Shown here in pieces: positions 9,731-19,437 of a stretch of DNA of 64,000 nucleotides (position 1 is its first letter; each line of letters opens with the position of its first letter). The notes beneath the pieces are model-generated. The model was not told the origin of the DNA, made no database searches, and was given only the letters and a program-made list of their open reading frames with translations. The stretch covers positions 21,743-85,742 of IMG/VR virus record IMGVR_UViG_3300025151_000023; one strand, given 5' to 3'. Origin of the DNA: a virus. Both the position numbers and the translations under genes were made by a program.

Positions 9731-10887
9731 GCTAATTTTACTATTGTGTCATACATTGCATCGATGCCTTCTTTTATGTCTTGAACACCGTTACCTACAA
9801 AGAATCCTTCTGACTCTATTTCTTCAGCACCTTCGTACGTTCCTTTAGCGTCATACTGTTGCATTTGTAAAACAGGTTGTTTAAGCCAGTTGCCAGATGC
9901 AAGTGGTCTTGATTGTACACCTGCTTTTGATAAAGCAGTGACAACTTCGTCTCTTCTACCTTGAAGCGGACCAGTCATTATACAACCAAAGCTAAACCAA
10001 CTAGACTCTTGTGTTTCTTTTTGTAAACGTATCCATGGTTTGTCGGCAAACTTTTTAAAAAAATATTCTTTATTTTTCATTCTTGCTTCAACCATTGAAG
10101 GCCATTTTTTAAGTTGCTCGGAACCAATGGCTCCACTGAATTCTAATGGACGTATAGCATAGCCTGGGGTAACAAATGTAAAGTTGTCCTTCCATGCGCC
10201 TGTCTTTGGAAACAATGGATTGTTATCACTTAAATCTCGTACCCATCCGTGAGCTCTCAAAGATTTCAACCAATCAGCATCTTCTTGGCTGTCAACAACA
10301 ACCATGCCACCTTCCATTGTTTGCATGTGATGTGAAAAGAAAAAAGAATGTGTGCCAATTAATCCGTGACTACCAGTATATCTGTTGTTATATTTTGCAC
10401 CCATTGATTCGCAATTATCTTCAATTACAAACAAATTGTGTTTGTCTGCTATTTTATAAATTGCGTCAAAATCACATGGATTGCCTAGCAAATTTATACA
10501 CAGTATTGCTGAAGTTTCAGGTGTTATTTGCTGTTCTATTTTTTCTGGATCAATGTTAAATGTGTTTGGATCAACATCTACAAAGTTTAATTTAAAACCA
10601 CATTGGTTTACTGGAAAGTAACTTGTTGACCAACCTACTGCTGGAACAATTACGTTACCAGTGAGATTATACTTTAATTTTAACAAAGACATCATCAATA
10701 AATTTGCAGATGATCCTGAGTTGCACATTACAGCATGACCGTGACCAAAATATTGTGCATATTCTTCTTCAAACTTTTTAACATGTGAACCCATAGTGTA
10801 CATGTCAGTTGCAATAACTTTTTGTATGGCATCAATTTCTTCTTGTCCCCAAGTGCTAGACGCTAATGGGTATACTATATTAGGCAT
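9727..10887 (-). CDS. colD: DegT/DnrJ-family PLP enzyme, ColD-type (GDP-4-keto-6-deoxymannose 3-dehydratase-like)
   Basis: YPLASSTW, NSGSSANLL, EDNCESMGA and SFFFSHHMQTMEGG (His in place of the Schiff-base Lys), LRAHGW; about 386 aa from ATG 10887. Confidence 0.75.
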   Translation of the reverse strand: MPNIVYPLASSTWGQEEIDAIQKVIATDMYTMGSHVKKFEEEYAQYFGHGHAVMCNSGSSANLLMMSLLKLKYNLTGNVIVPAVGWSTSYFPVNQCGFKLNFVDVDPNTFNIDPEKIEQQITPETSAILCINLLGNPCDFDAIYKIADKHNLFVIEDNCESMGAKYNNRYTGSHGLIGTHSFFFSHHMQTMEGGMVVVDSQEDADWLKSLRAHGWVRDLSDNNPLFPKTGAWKDNFTFVTPGYAIRPLEFSGAIGSEQLKKWPSMVEARMKNKEYFFKKFADKPWIRLQKETQESSWFSFGCIMTGPLQGRRDEVVTALSKAGVQSRPLASGNWLKQPVLQMQQYDAKGTYEGAEEIESEGFFVGNGVQDIKEGIDAMYDTIVKLA

Positions 10888-11614
10888 GTTTTTTGTCACC
10901 TTTCATATGAACTAAAAACTGCGCCAGTGGCGATTTTGGAACTGGGTCACTGTTTTTAAGTCCTGGATGATATTTCATCAAATCCATTTGTTTACAGTCT
11001 TTGAAAGAGTCTCTACCAATAGCCATGGTATATTGGTCAGCCTGCATGTTATCATAGCCCCATAGCTCGTCTGTTAGATATATTTCTTCCATTCTGTTTG
11101 CCCAATCTTTGGCTTTTGGATGTTTAGGATTGTGCATGTAAAATCCAGTTTCGTCTCTTAGTTTTTTTCTATCAAAAAATGTGCAAAGCGAATCAGGTGG
11201 ACATATTTCCCTTAGATAGTCTAAGTTTGGTTCTGCTGTGTACACAGTATCAGCATCAGAATATAATATTATGTCTGCTGTTGAATTTTTTATCCTGTGT
11301 GTTTGTGCAAAAACTTTGTGTGAAAATTTTACACCATCATTTTTCCAAACAAACTTACCACGGTCTTCTCGCCATCCACACTTGACTGGATCTTTTCTAG
11401 CTTCAGTAACCCATGCTTCTAGTTTTGGTTGTTCTGTATATAAATCGTGATATGAAATATTTGGCTCTAACAATTCTGGTTCTTGTTCTTGGTAATAAAC
11501 ATGAAGTGTGCAGTCTTTTGGCCAATATTTGATGAATGATTCTATCATGCGTTTTCCACAAATATCATAATATTCTTTATTATATGTTGTGCAAACTTCT
11601 ACTGTTCTACTCAT
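10880..11614 (-). CDS. GT-A fold glycosyltransferase-like protein
   Basis: DGVKFSHKVFA, YSDAD, ETGF and HMKG motifs. Confidence 0.6.
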   Translation of the reverse strand: MSRTVEVCTTYNKEYYDICGKRMIESFIKYWPKDCTLHVYYQEQEPELLEPNISYHDLYTEQPKLEAWVTEARKDPVKCGWREDRGKFVWKNDGVKFSHKVFAQTHRIKNSTADIILYSDADTVYTAEPNLDYLREICPPDSLCTFFDRKKLRDETGFYMHNPKHPKAKDWANRMEEIYLTDELWGYDNMQADQYTMAIGRDSFKDCKQMDLMKYHPGLKNSDPVPKSPLAQFLVHMKGDKKHA

Positions 11615-11795
11615 TGTTAGCCCCTTCTAATCCTTTTTCCATAAATCTATTAAATCTTTCCAACTTTTTATCTTTAATTCTATGTAGTCCTAACTTTACA
11701 AACCTCTTCCACCAAAATTCTTCTTGCAAATAAACACGCCAACTTTCTTTTGTATAATCTTCTTCGCCAGCTGGTTTGTTTCTGTGTTCTTGCAT
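11607..11795 (-). CDS. Hypothetical protein
   Basis: 62-aa ORF heading the minus-strand run and overlapping the next start. Confidence 0.5.
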   Translation of the reverse strand: MQEHRNKPAGEEDYTKESWRVYLQEEFWWKRFVKLGLHRIKDKKLERFNRFMEKGLEGANNE

Positions 11796-11870
11796 AATTT
11801 AGTTTTAAATAATTGCATTATGTGTTACTATAATTATGATTAGTAATAATGTACATTGGAGCAAAGTGAT

Positions 11871-12683
11871 ATGCGATCTATATCAGTAATTACAACGTTT
11901 TCTGCCTTAGGCTGGCACTCTTATGGCAAGAGAATGATTGACTCTTTTGTAAAGTATTGGCCAAAAGAAATAAAATTGATAGTGTATTACGAAGAAAAGC
12001 CAAAAGATGTTGATTATGGTGATCAAGTACAATGGGTCAACTTTGAACAAGCAAGTCCAGAGCTAGTAGCATATAAGAAGAAACATAAAACAAATCCATT
12101 TGCAACTGGTTGGAAAATAGGTACTGATCCAAAATCAAAATATTCATATTTGTGGGATGCTGTAAAATTTGCACATAAATCGTTTTGTGTATCACATGCG
12201 GCTCTCAATAGTTCCACAGATATTATCATCTGGTTAGATGCAGATGTCGTTACCCACAATTTTGTATCGCGGGAACATATTGAGAGCCTGTTACCTCAAA
12301 ACAGTTATTGTGCATATTTAGGTAGAAAGAAAATTTATCCTGAATGCGGATTTGTTATGTATGATTGTACTAGTGAATACAACGAACCATTTATGAAAGA
12401 ATGGCAAGAATTGTACACAAAAGACAAACTATTCAAACTAGCAGAATATCACGATTCTTATTTGTTTCAGCATTTAGTAGAACACTTTGAATTTGTGTTT
12501 CCAGATTTTAAACACACTAGCATTTCTGGTAGTCATCCTAATCGCCCAGGTGTGCATGTTTTTATTAATTCTCCATTAGGGCAATATATGGATCACCTAA
12601 AAGGAGCAAGGAAAATTAAAGGCAAATCAAAAAAAGAAGATTTGTATGTTAATAGGCAAGAAGATTATTGGAAAAAAGTATGA
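11871..12683 (+). CDS. GT-A fold glycosyltransferase-like protein
   Basis: DAVKFAHKSF, WLDAD, ECGF and YMDHLKG motifs. ATG 11871 preferred (GGAG upstream). Confidence 0.6.
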   Translation: MRSISVITTFSALGWHSYGKRMIDSFVKYWPKEIKLIVYYEEKPKDVDYGDQVQWVNFEQASPELVAYKKKHKTNPFATGWKIGTDPKSKYSYLWDAVKFAHKSFCVSHAALNSSTDIIIWLDADVVTHNFVSREHIESLLPQNSYCAYLGRKKIYPECGFVMYDCTSEYNEPFMKEWQELYTKDKLFKLAEYHDSYLFQHLVEHFEFVFPDFKHTSISGSHPNRPGVHVFINSPLGQYMDHLKGARKIKGKSKKEDLYVNRQEDYWKKV

Positions 12684-13507
12684 AAATATTAGTTACCGGT
12701 TGTTCACATATTTTTGGTACTGATCTTAAAGATTGTGACGGTATTACGTCAAGTAAATTGACTTGGCCAATGTTACTGTTTCCGAACGCAACAAATATTT
12801 CAAAACCTGGTGCAAGTCCAAACACAATAGCAAGGCGTGTATTAATGTACCTATCTTATAATTCACCAAAACCTATTGACGGAGTTATAGTCCAATGGCC
12901 GAACCTTAACAGATGGGAATCAGTATCGCCTGATTTTGATATGACTGGAGAAGATTGGCCATATCAAACTATTGGGCAACATGAAAGCCATCAATATAAT
13001 GATAAAGCTACGTTGGCTTGGAAAATGCACATAGCAGGCACTGACTTGTATAATGTGCATATTCAAAATGTACAAACAATTATCATGCTTAATTCTATAC
13101 TACGTTTAAAAAAAATAAAATGTGTAAATTTACTTTCAAATCCTATTTCTACTGATAAAAGGTTACAACCAAATCAACAAAACACTATATCTAAGCCAAA
13201 ACGTTTTTCTATTGGGGACTTGAAACGTTGGGGCTTTTGGAATGCTATACATTCAGGTTTGTGTCATAGCTTTGGAATCAATACTAGTACAGATGCTGAT
13301 ATCAAAGTTGCTGATGATGATGTGTTTGAACGTGTGTTGATGAATGAATTGTCTTTGTACAAATGGTTAGATTTAGATGGAATGTCATGGACGGAATGGG
13401 CATCACACAACAATTATCAAACAACCAATTGGCACTACAGCGAACAGGCTCATGTAGATGCATCTAAATTATTAGAAAACAAAATAGGAAATATTTTTGA
13501 AACTTAA
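12680..13507 (+). CDS. SGNH-like hypothetical protein
   Basis: VTGCSH, NISKPGAS and C-terminal HYSEQAH motifs. Confidence 0.5.
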   Translation: MKILVTGCSHIFGTDLKDCDGITSSKLTWPMLLFPNATNISKPGASPNTIARRVLMYLSYNSPKPIDGVIVQWPNLNRWESVSPDFDMTGEDWPYQTIGQHESHQYNDKATLAWKMHIAGTDLYNVHIQNVQTIIMLNSILRLKKIKCVNLLSNPISTDKRLQPNQQNTISKPKRFSIGDLKRWGFWNAIHSGLCHSFGINTSTDADIKVADDDVFERVLMNELSLYKWLDLDGMSWTEWASHNNYQTTNWHYSEQAHVDASKLLENKIGNIFET

Positions 13508-14285
13508 CATTATTAATAATAATCATGGTGATGACAGTAAAGCATGGTACAGCTTAAAGCCCTTACATCAATATATTGATAAAAATGGCATACCTACTAT
13601 GTGGGGATTAGCAAGTACAAATTACACAAAGGCAGTGTCATATGTTGAAAATAAAAAACCATGGTTGTTTTGTGATATGCCATACTGGGGAAGATGGAAT
13701 CCATTGAAAATGGCAGTCAATCCTCATGGTGAATATTTTTGGCGCACTTGTTTGAATGGTATACACGTTAATAAAATTATAAATGACTTGCCGCATGATA
13801 GAATAAAAAATATTACAATCAAAGACTGGAGAACAAAAGGAGAGTACATATTGATTGCTCCTTCGTCACCAACAGTGAATAGATTCATAGGACAGCCAAA
13901 CTGGGAACACGATACAATAAAGTTTTTAAAGACTATGACAGATATGCCAATAAAAGTTAGGCACAAACCTCGTAAAAGTGGCAAAAGTGGACCAGCTTAT
14001 GCTTTAACACCATTAGCAGACGATTTGCAAAATGCATCATGTGTAATAACAAGTTGTTCTATGGTAGCTGTTGACGCCATTATTGAAGGGATTCCTGTGT
14101 ATTGTCACTCTCTTGCTTGTACGCATCCAGTGGCACAAGATATCAAAAAATACGGACAGCCGGTATATGCAGAAAATAGAAAAGATTGGTTAGCAACCTT
14201 AAGTTATCATCAATATACAAGTGAAGAAATACAATCAGGGTTGTTTGCAAAAATGTTTAAGGAGATGTATCATGTTATGCGTTAG
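13497..14285 (+). CDS. KpsS-like glycosyltransferase-like protein
   Basis: VRHKPR and ITSCSMVAVDAIIEGIPVY motifs. Confidence 0.55.
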   Translation: MKLNIINNNHGDDSKAWYSLKPLHQYIDKNGIPTMWGLASTNYTKAVSYVENKKPWLFCDMPYWGRWNPLKMAVNPHGEYFWRTCLNGIHVNKIINDLPHDRIKNITIKDWRTKGEYILIAPSSPTVNRFIGQPNWEHDTIKFLKTMTDMPIKVRHKPRKSGKSGPAYALTPLADDLQNASCVITSCSMVAVDAIIEGIPVYCHSLACTHPVAQDIKKYGQPVYAENRKDWLATLSYHQYTSEEIQSGLFAKMFKEMYHVMR

Positions 14286-15075
14286 AACAATGAGGCCTTT
14301 TACTGAAAAAATTATTTCAGCATGGGCAAAAGGATGTGATGGGGATATTATTCCTCCCATTAAAGATTATCAAGGCATGCGAAAAAGCACGTATGCGTTT
14401 TTAGGAGTACTGAGGGGATCTGGCGATATGTTGAAAAGATGTATGGCCAAAGGTTATGATTATTATTTTATTGACCATGCATATTTTTTAGGTGGACATG
14501 ATCGAAATCCAGCATGGTATAGAGCAACTAAAAATGGACATGTTGCACATATTTTGAAAGATAGACCTAGTGATAGATATGAAAAATATTTTAAACAAGA
14601 CATAAAACCATATCGATCAGGCAGTAAAATAATCGTCTGTCCGCCCACTGGAGCCATTGAGTGGATGTTTGACACACAAGATTGGCTTAACACCACTGTA
14701 GGCGCTTTAAAACAGCATACAGACCGTGAAATAGTGGTGAGGGATAAGCCTATGAATCCTCAAGTGAAAAAAGAAAATGGTGTAACCACTATTGATGGTT
14801 TTATCAAAACACAAGATGACAAACCATTGCAACAAGACTTAGATGACGCCCATTGTGTAGTGACTTTTAATTCAGGGGTTGGAGTAAAAGCATTGTGTGA
14901 AGGCATACCTGTCATTTGTGGAACAGAATGTGCGGCATATCCTATTGCAAACAAAATAGAGGACATTGAAAATCTACAACAGCATGAAAGGCAACCGTGG
15001 CTTAATCACCTTGCATATTCTCAGTTTACTTTAGCAGAAATGGAATCTGGGTATGCCTTAGAACAATGTACTTAG
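14272..15075 (+). CDS. KpsS-like glycosyltransferase-like protein
   Basis: IDHAYF, VRDKP and VVTFNSGVGVKALCEGIPV motifs. ATG 14272 follows AAGGAG. Confidence 0.55.
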   Translation: MLCVRTMRPFTEKIISAWAKGCDGDIIPPIKDYQGMRKSTYAFLGVLRGSGDMLKRCMAKGYDYYFIDHAYFLGGHDRNPAWYRATKNGHVAHILKDRPSDRYEKYFKQDIKPYRSGSKIIVCPPTGAIEWMFDTQDWLNTTVGALKQHTDREIVVRDKPMNPQVKKENGVTTIDGFIKTQDDKPLQQDLDDAHCVVTFNSGVGVKALCEGIPVICGTECAAYPIANKIEDIENLQQHERQPWLNHLAYSQFTLAEMESGYALEQCT

Positions 15076-15680
15076 ACACTAAGCATAAAATATTATTCAT
15101 ACACATACCACGCACTGGTGGATCATGGCTAGGCTACAAAATGATGGACTTTTGTTATCCAATGTACAGGGGAGTTGGCCAAGAAATATTTACAAAGTCA
15201 GGGGAAAAGTACCCTGTTGGCAGGCACACAACTTTAGAAAAAATTTATAGTTTACAATATCTAATACAAGACGACATAAACACTTACTATAAAATTGCTG
15301 TATCAAGGCATCCATACACAAGATTTATATCAGCATTTGATTATTTTAAAAATATTACAGATACCGCTGAAAGACATAATTTAAAAACTTTAGAAGATAT
15401 GATGTCTTGGATAGAAGATGGAGCAGACAAACAACACATTTTGCCTCAGTCATATTGGTACGATGAGAGATTTAACAACTTTTACAAATTTGAAAATATA
15501 GAAGATTTAAATTTACAATTATGGATACCAAAATGGCACAATAGCGATACAATAATTCAAAAAGGTAAACGTAGAGGTATTCAAAAGTCAAAACATAAAG
15601 CTAAATTGAGTGAAAAACTAAAAGAACGAATATTTAAATTTTATAACAAAGATTTTTATTTGTTTGACTATGTTAGATAG
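15066..15680 (+). CDS. Sulfotransferase-family protein
   Basis: LFIHIPRTGGS (5'-PSB loop), RHPYTRFISAF (3'-PB) and HILPQ motifs. Confidence 0.75.
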   Translation: MYLDTKHKILFIHIPRTGGSWLGYKMMDFCYPMYRGVGQEIFTKSGEKYPVGRHTTLEKIYSLQYLIQDDINTYYKIAVSRHPYTRFISAFDYFKNITDTAERHNLKTLEDMMSWIEDGADKQHILPQSYWYDERFNNFYKFENIEDLNLQLWIPKWHNSDTIIQKGKRRGIQKSKHKAKLSEKLKERIFKFYNKDFYLFDYVR

Positions 15681-17403
15681 TCATATTATAAGTTTGTGCC
15701 CATGAACGCATCATCCACGATATAAGCCTAGGCTTTTTATTCATTTGATTTGCTTTTGAAATCACATTTTTTAAACAATCATTTTTGTTCATGTAGCTAG
15801 CCATAAAATTTTGCAATTCTTTTTGATCGTTCAACCAATACACTAAAGGCACAGTCCATCCTGTTTTTTGTTTATTGATAATGTAATCAGGTAGGTAATT
15901 TTTATATGCTATTTTCGTTGGCAATTTAGTATCGCCTTTTTGTGCACCAATTTTGTGTTTGGAAGTTATGCCTAAACAATACTTCATAAATCTTTGCGTA
16001 GCTAATGGGAACCTACCCTCCATACCAAACGCCATTCCAAATTTATCATTCCTGCCAAAAAAGTCTTCTGGTACTTGTGTAACACAATCTAAAGCCATGT
16101 AAGAATTTACATGATCATTTGGGTTCCATATACCTTGCGGAAATTGTTTACACAATATTTCATGCAATTCTTTTTTTGATATTTTTGTAGTCATTTCAAC
16201 AGGTCTTTTTATTCTGTGCATCCATTTCCACACCAAACCCTCCCATGACTTGATATGTTCTTCAGGCTTTTTTAGTTTCCAATATTTTGGATATCCGCCT
16301 AGTAATTCGTCACCCATATCACCAGCCATTGTAACCACTACACCGGCTTCAGCAAGACGCCTGTTAGTTTCGTAATACATTGGCATATTCCAGTTATAAA
16401 CCGGTTGTTCCATGAAGTGCATTGTTTTGTCCCAACAATCCATTGTAATTTTTGGTGTGATAGTAATTTCAGTATGGTTCATTCCAAAGTCTTTGGCAAA
16501 TCTCGCCGCATGAATGGCATCGTCATTGTGGTCCTCATCTGTAATCACATTTGGAGACATTTTGTTTGTAAAAGTGTCCAAATGTCCTAGTACTTTTTTG
16601 AGTTCATATGCAACTAATGTAGAGTCCAACCCACCTGATAAAAACATGCCAAATTTTCTTAGACCTAGTGTAGACATTTTCACTGTTTCGTGTGCTTCAT
16701 GCCTAAATTCTTCAAAGTCTAATGGCTTATTACTTTCTGGATATATTGTGTGTACGTTGCGTTCTTTGAATTTTTTATTTCCTACATCATACACCAACGT
16801 TTCCCCAGGCATTAATTTTTTGATACCTGTAAACATAGAATTGCTAGTTGCGTTCAACCCAGTAATGCTCATACATGCAGAAGCTAGTTCGTCAATTTTT
16901 TTAGCACCTGGTACGTGCTCTATCATACCTTTTATTTCAGAACCAAAGATTAATCCATCTGATATTTCGGCATAATACAATGGTTTTATCCCTGCATGAT
17001 CACGTGATAGTGTTATAGTTTTGTCCTCTTTATTGTAATATGCGTAAGCGTGCATTGAATCTAATGTGCTTGATATTGTTGTGTTACTGTTTGATCTGTC
17101 TAGTAAAAATGCTAATAATTCAGTATCGCACGTAGTTTTTGGTTGCCATGTATCTTTATATGTTTCTTTCAATTCGTTGTAATTAAAAATTTCTCCATTG
17201 TAAACTAACACATTTCCTCTGTCAGTAATCCATGGCTGTTTGCCATCTACCGGTGTTGAAGTTATTGATAACAAGTTATGACCTAACGTAACATTATCGT
17301 CATGCCATACATCAGATCCATCTGGTCCTCTATGGGAACATGCTGAAATATAAGATTTTATTAATTCAGGTTTTCTAGCAGTGATACCGTATATGCCACA
17401 CAT
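15673..17403 (-). CDS. asnB: Asparagine synthetase B-like glutamine amidotransferase
   Basis: MCGIYG (Ntn Cys), HRGPD, YNGEIFN, RDHAGIKPLYY, LSGGLDS and GDMGDELLGGY motifs. Confidence 0.9.
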   Translation of the reverse strand: MCGIYGITARKPELIKSYISACSHRGPDGSDVWHDDNVTLGHNLLSITSTPVDGKQPWITDRGNVLVYNGEIFNYNELKETYKDTWQPKTTCDTELLAFLLDRSNSNTTISSTLDSMHAYAYYNKEDKTITLSRDHAGIKPLYYAEISDGLIFGSEIKGMIEHVPGAKKIDELASACMSITGLNATSNSMFTGIKKLMPGETLVYDVGNKKFKERNVHTIYPESNKPLDFEEFRHEAHETVKMSTLGLRKFGMFLSGGLDSTLVAYELKKVLGHLDTFTNKMSPNVITDEDHNDDAIHAARFAKDFGMNHTEITITPKITMDCWDKTMHFMEQPVYNWNMPMYYETNRRLAEAGVVVTMAGDMGDELLGGYPKYWKLKKPEEHIKSWEGLVWKWMHRIKRPVEMTTKISKKELHEILCKQFPQGIWNPNDHVNSYMALDCVTQVPEDFFGRNDKFGMAFGMEGRFPLATQRFMKYCLGITSKHKIGAQKGDTKLPTKIAYKNYLPDYIINKQKTGWTVPLVYWLNDQKELQNFMASYMNKNDCLKNVISKANQMNKKPRLISWMMRSWAQTYNMTI

Positions 17404-17411
17404 ACTTTAAT

Positions 17412-18020
17412 TTAGTTACGTTTATTCTTAATGAACAAATTTACGGTTATTCTATGGGCATCAATAATACCTCCGTAATCATGCCATGTTTTGGATTGTA
17501 TTCCTGCAAATACAAATGCCCGATTTGGTTTCCATGGTGCCGAGCCCCATAAATTTGCAAGTGTAATAGTTTCAGGATTTTGCACATTATTGCCTTTAAC
17601 ACCAGTGTACATATTAGTACCAGTACCTTCGTTCGGAGCCACATAAATCACACCGGACCAACATTTGTCATAGCTTTCGTCATGCACTGGAAATCTATAA
17701 GGTGCAGGTGCCTGCCTTGTAATTTGCACTTCTCCTTTATATTTTGCAAAAGCTCTAGCATGTGGCCAATGCTTCAGCAGTTGTGGTATGTTATCATTAA
17801 GCCAAGCATCAGCTTTATTAAGCCAACTTGTTAACTTGGTGTCTAGTATTGTGTTATTTTTTAAAAATGCCTTGTTGTCTTTAAAATTACTATTCTCATC
17901 TATTGTAGATAATTTGTCAAACAATGGTTTAAGTTCTTCGTATTGTTGGATAACATTGTCTGTTTGCATCCACGGCCATGGAACAGTATGTGTAGGTCCT
18001 TGAAATAAACCATTAAACAT
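17412..18020 (-). CDS. 2OG-Fe(II) oxygenase-like protein
   Basis: HDE...GVIYV...GT...WKPNRAFVF...TWHDY...RITVN. Confidence 0.65.
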   Translation of the reverse strand: MFNGLFQGPTHTVPWPWMQTDNVIQQYEELKPLFDKLSTIDENSNFKDNKAFLKNNTILDTKLTSWLNKADAWLNDNIPQLLKHWPHARAFAKYKGEVQITRQAPAPYRFPVHDESYDKCWSGVIYVAPNEGTGTNMYTGVKGNNVQNPETITLANLWGSAPWKPNRAFVFAGIQSKTWHDYGGIIDAHRITVNLFIKNKRN

Positions 18021-18705
18021 TTAGTGTGGCTTCGTATTCATCTTTTGCGTCACGCCATTCTTGTGCGTAAGGAACATCTTGCATGTGTGCAAACCAAGGT
18101 CCACCTTCTGTATAATGTAACATTTTAGGTGAACCATCTTCTGGTGCTGTATACCAATCAGTAAGCCAGTTCCATTCATGCGATATTTCGCCTATTTCAT
18201 GATCAGCTAACCACATAAATCTATGGTGCCATAAACCTGTATTTGTGTTAACTGCATTTAGATCAATTAATTTATTAGATGGATGTTCACAATTCCATAA
18301 CACACAAGATGACCAGTTTTTTCTTGGATATTGCAGTTGTGCTTGACCATCCATTTTAGTTCCTTCCTTAGGAGTATAATCATGTTTAGCTACCATAACT
18401 GCATAATTGTCATTTGCCTGATTAAACAAATCCTTTAGATCTGCACGACACAAAAAGTCGCAATCGATGAACAACGCCCAACCTTTGTAACCAGTTAGTA
18501 TAGGCACCATAAATCTACTGAATGTAAATTCTGTTGATGCTTTTTTGTCCACATCTCTAGTGTACATTCCTAGTTCCTTGAGAGTGTTTAATTTAAGTGG
18601 ATATACTTGAACGTCTGGATTGTGTTTCTTTATGGTGTACTTGGCCACTTGATAGGCAATGTCTTCTCTTGAATCCCATCCTACAAATACTTTCATTTCT
18701 GTCAT
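18013..18705 (-). CDS. GT8-like glycosyltransferase
   Basis: VFVGWDSRE, STEFTFSRF, FIDCDF, YPRKNWSS and HYTEGGPW motifs. Start 18705 overlaps the upstream stop (ATGA). Confidence 0.8.
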   Translation of the reverse strand: MTEMKVFVGWDSREDIAYQVAKYTIKKHNPDVQVYPLKLNTLKELGMYTRDVDKKASTEFTFSRFMVPILTGYKGWALFIDCDFLCRADLKDLFNQANDNYAVMVAKHDYTPKEGTKMDGQAQLQYPRKNWSSCVLWNCEHPSNKLIDLNAVNTNTGLWHHRFMWLADHEIGEISHEWNWLTDWYTAPEDGSPKMLHYTEGGPWFAHMQDVPYAQEWRDAKDEYEATLNV

Positions 18706-19280
18706 AGCTTGTTTATATAGTGATAAATTTGTTGCCAATTGTCTACTTTGGTGATTCTGCTGTCGTCTTTGTACGCATTGTATGGATGTTTAATTAAAAT
18801 AGTATCTAATCCCATATCTGCTCCCAGTACTGCATTGCGCCATTTGTCTTCAATCCACAAGTATCCTGAGTCTTTGTAAGGTTTCAAGCTGTCGTCTTTA
18901 GAGTAACCTGTGCCTATACATATTACCTCGGAAAAAGCATCACCAAATAGTGTTTGTAAATTTTCTTCTCTCAGTTTGTGTGCATATGTATCTTCATGCA
19001 TTGATGTTATTGCTATAAATTTCCAACCTTCTTGACTAAGTTGTGGAATCACTGTTTGTGCATCACGGAACGGTTCTAAATGTTTTATCCATGCAGACAT
19101 ATTAAAATGCCAAATCAAGTCATCGATATCTTTGCCCATTTCAACCCATCGCTGTCGTGCATGACTTTGTGTTGAGTCCTTAATCTCCATGTTAAAATAT
19201 TTTTTAGCAAATTTTGTAAATCCGCGATCCCAATCAACACAAACTCCATCAATGTCAGTGAGTATTATTTTTTCTTTCAT
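18702..19280 (-). CDS. HAD-superfamily phosphatase / 5'(3')-deoxyribonucleotidase-like
   Basis: LTDIDGV (DxD), AITS and WIEDK motifs. Confidence 0.75.
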   Translation of the reverse strand: MKEKIILTDIDGVCVDWDRGFTKFAKKYFNMEIKDSTQSHARQRWVEMGKDIDDLIWHFNMSAWIKHLEPFRDAQTVIPQLSQEGWKFIAITSMHEDTYAHKLREENLQTLFGDAFSEVICIGTGYSKDDSLKPYKDSGYLWIEDKWRNAVLGADMGLDTILIKHPYNAYKDDSRITKVDNWQQIYHYINKL

Positions 19281-19371
19281 CTTTTCCTTTCACATAATAT
19301 CCAATCATAACACCAGATATAAAAACTGTAATAATGGCCAACAAGTGCCACAGTAATCCAAAACTTATCAT
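19255..19371 (-). CDS. 38-aa single-TM small protein
   Basis: Manual translation MISFGLLWHLLAIITVFISGVMIGYYVKGKDERKNNTH; GAGG SD. Confidence 0.55.
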   Translation of the reverse strand: MISFGLLWHLLAIITVFISGVMIGYYVKGKDERKNNTH

Positions 19372-19384
19372 ATTCCTCTTCCTT

Positions 19385-19434
19385 TGTGGGGGCGGGGGCC
19401 TGGTAAGAGGCCCCGTACTTACCTAACTCACCCC
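19385..19434 (-). ncRNA. Small GC-rich structured RNA element immediately 3' of the tRNA-Leu-like gene
   Basis: GGGGTG/CGCCCC outer stem, GGGGCCT/AGGCCCC hairpin, and loop CTTACC complementary to upstream GGTAAG. Confidence 0.5.
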
Positions 19435-19437
19435 TAA

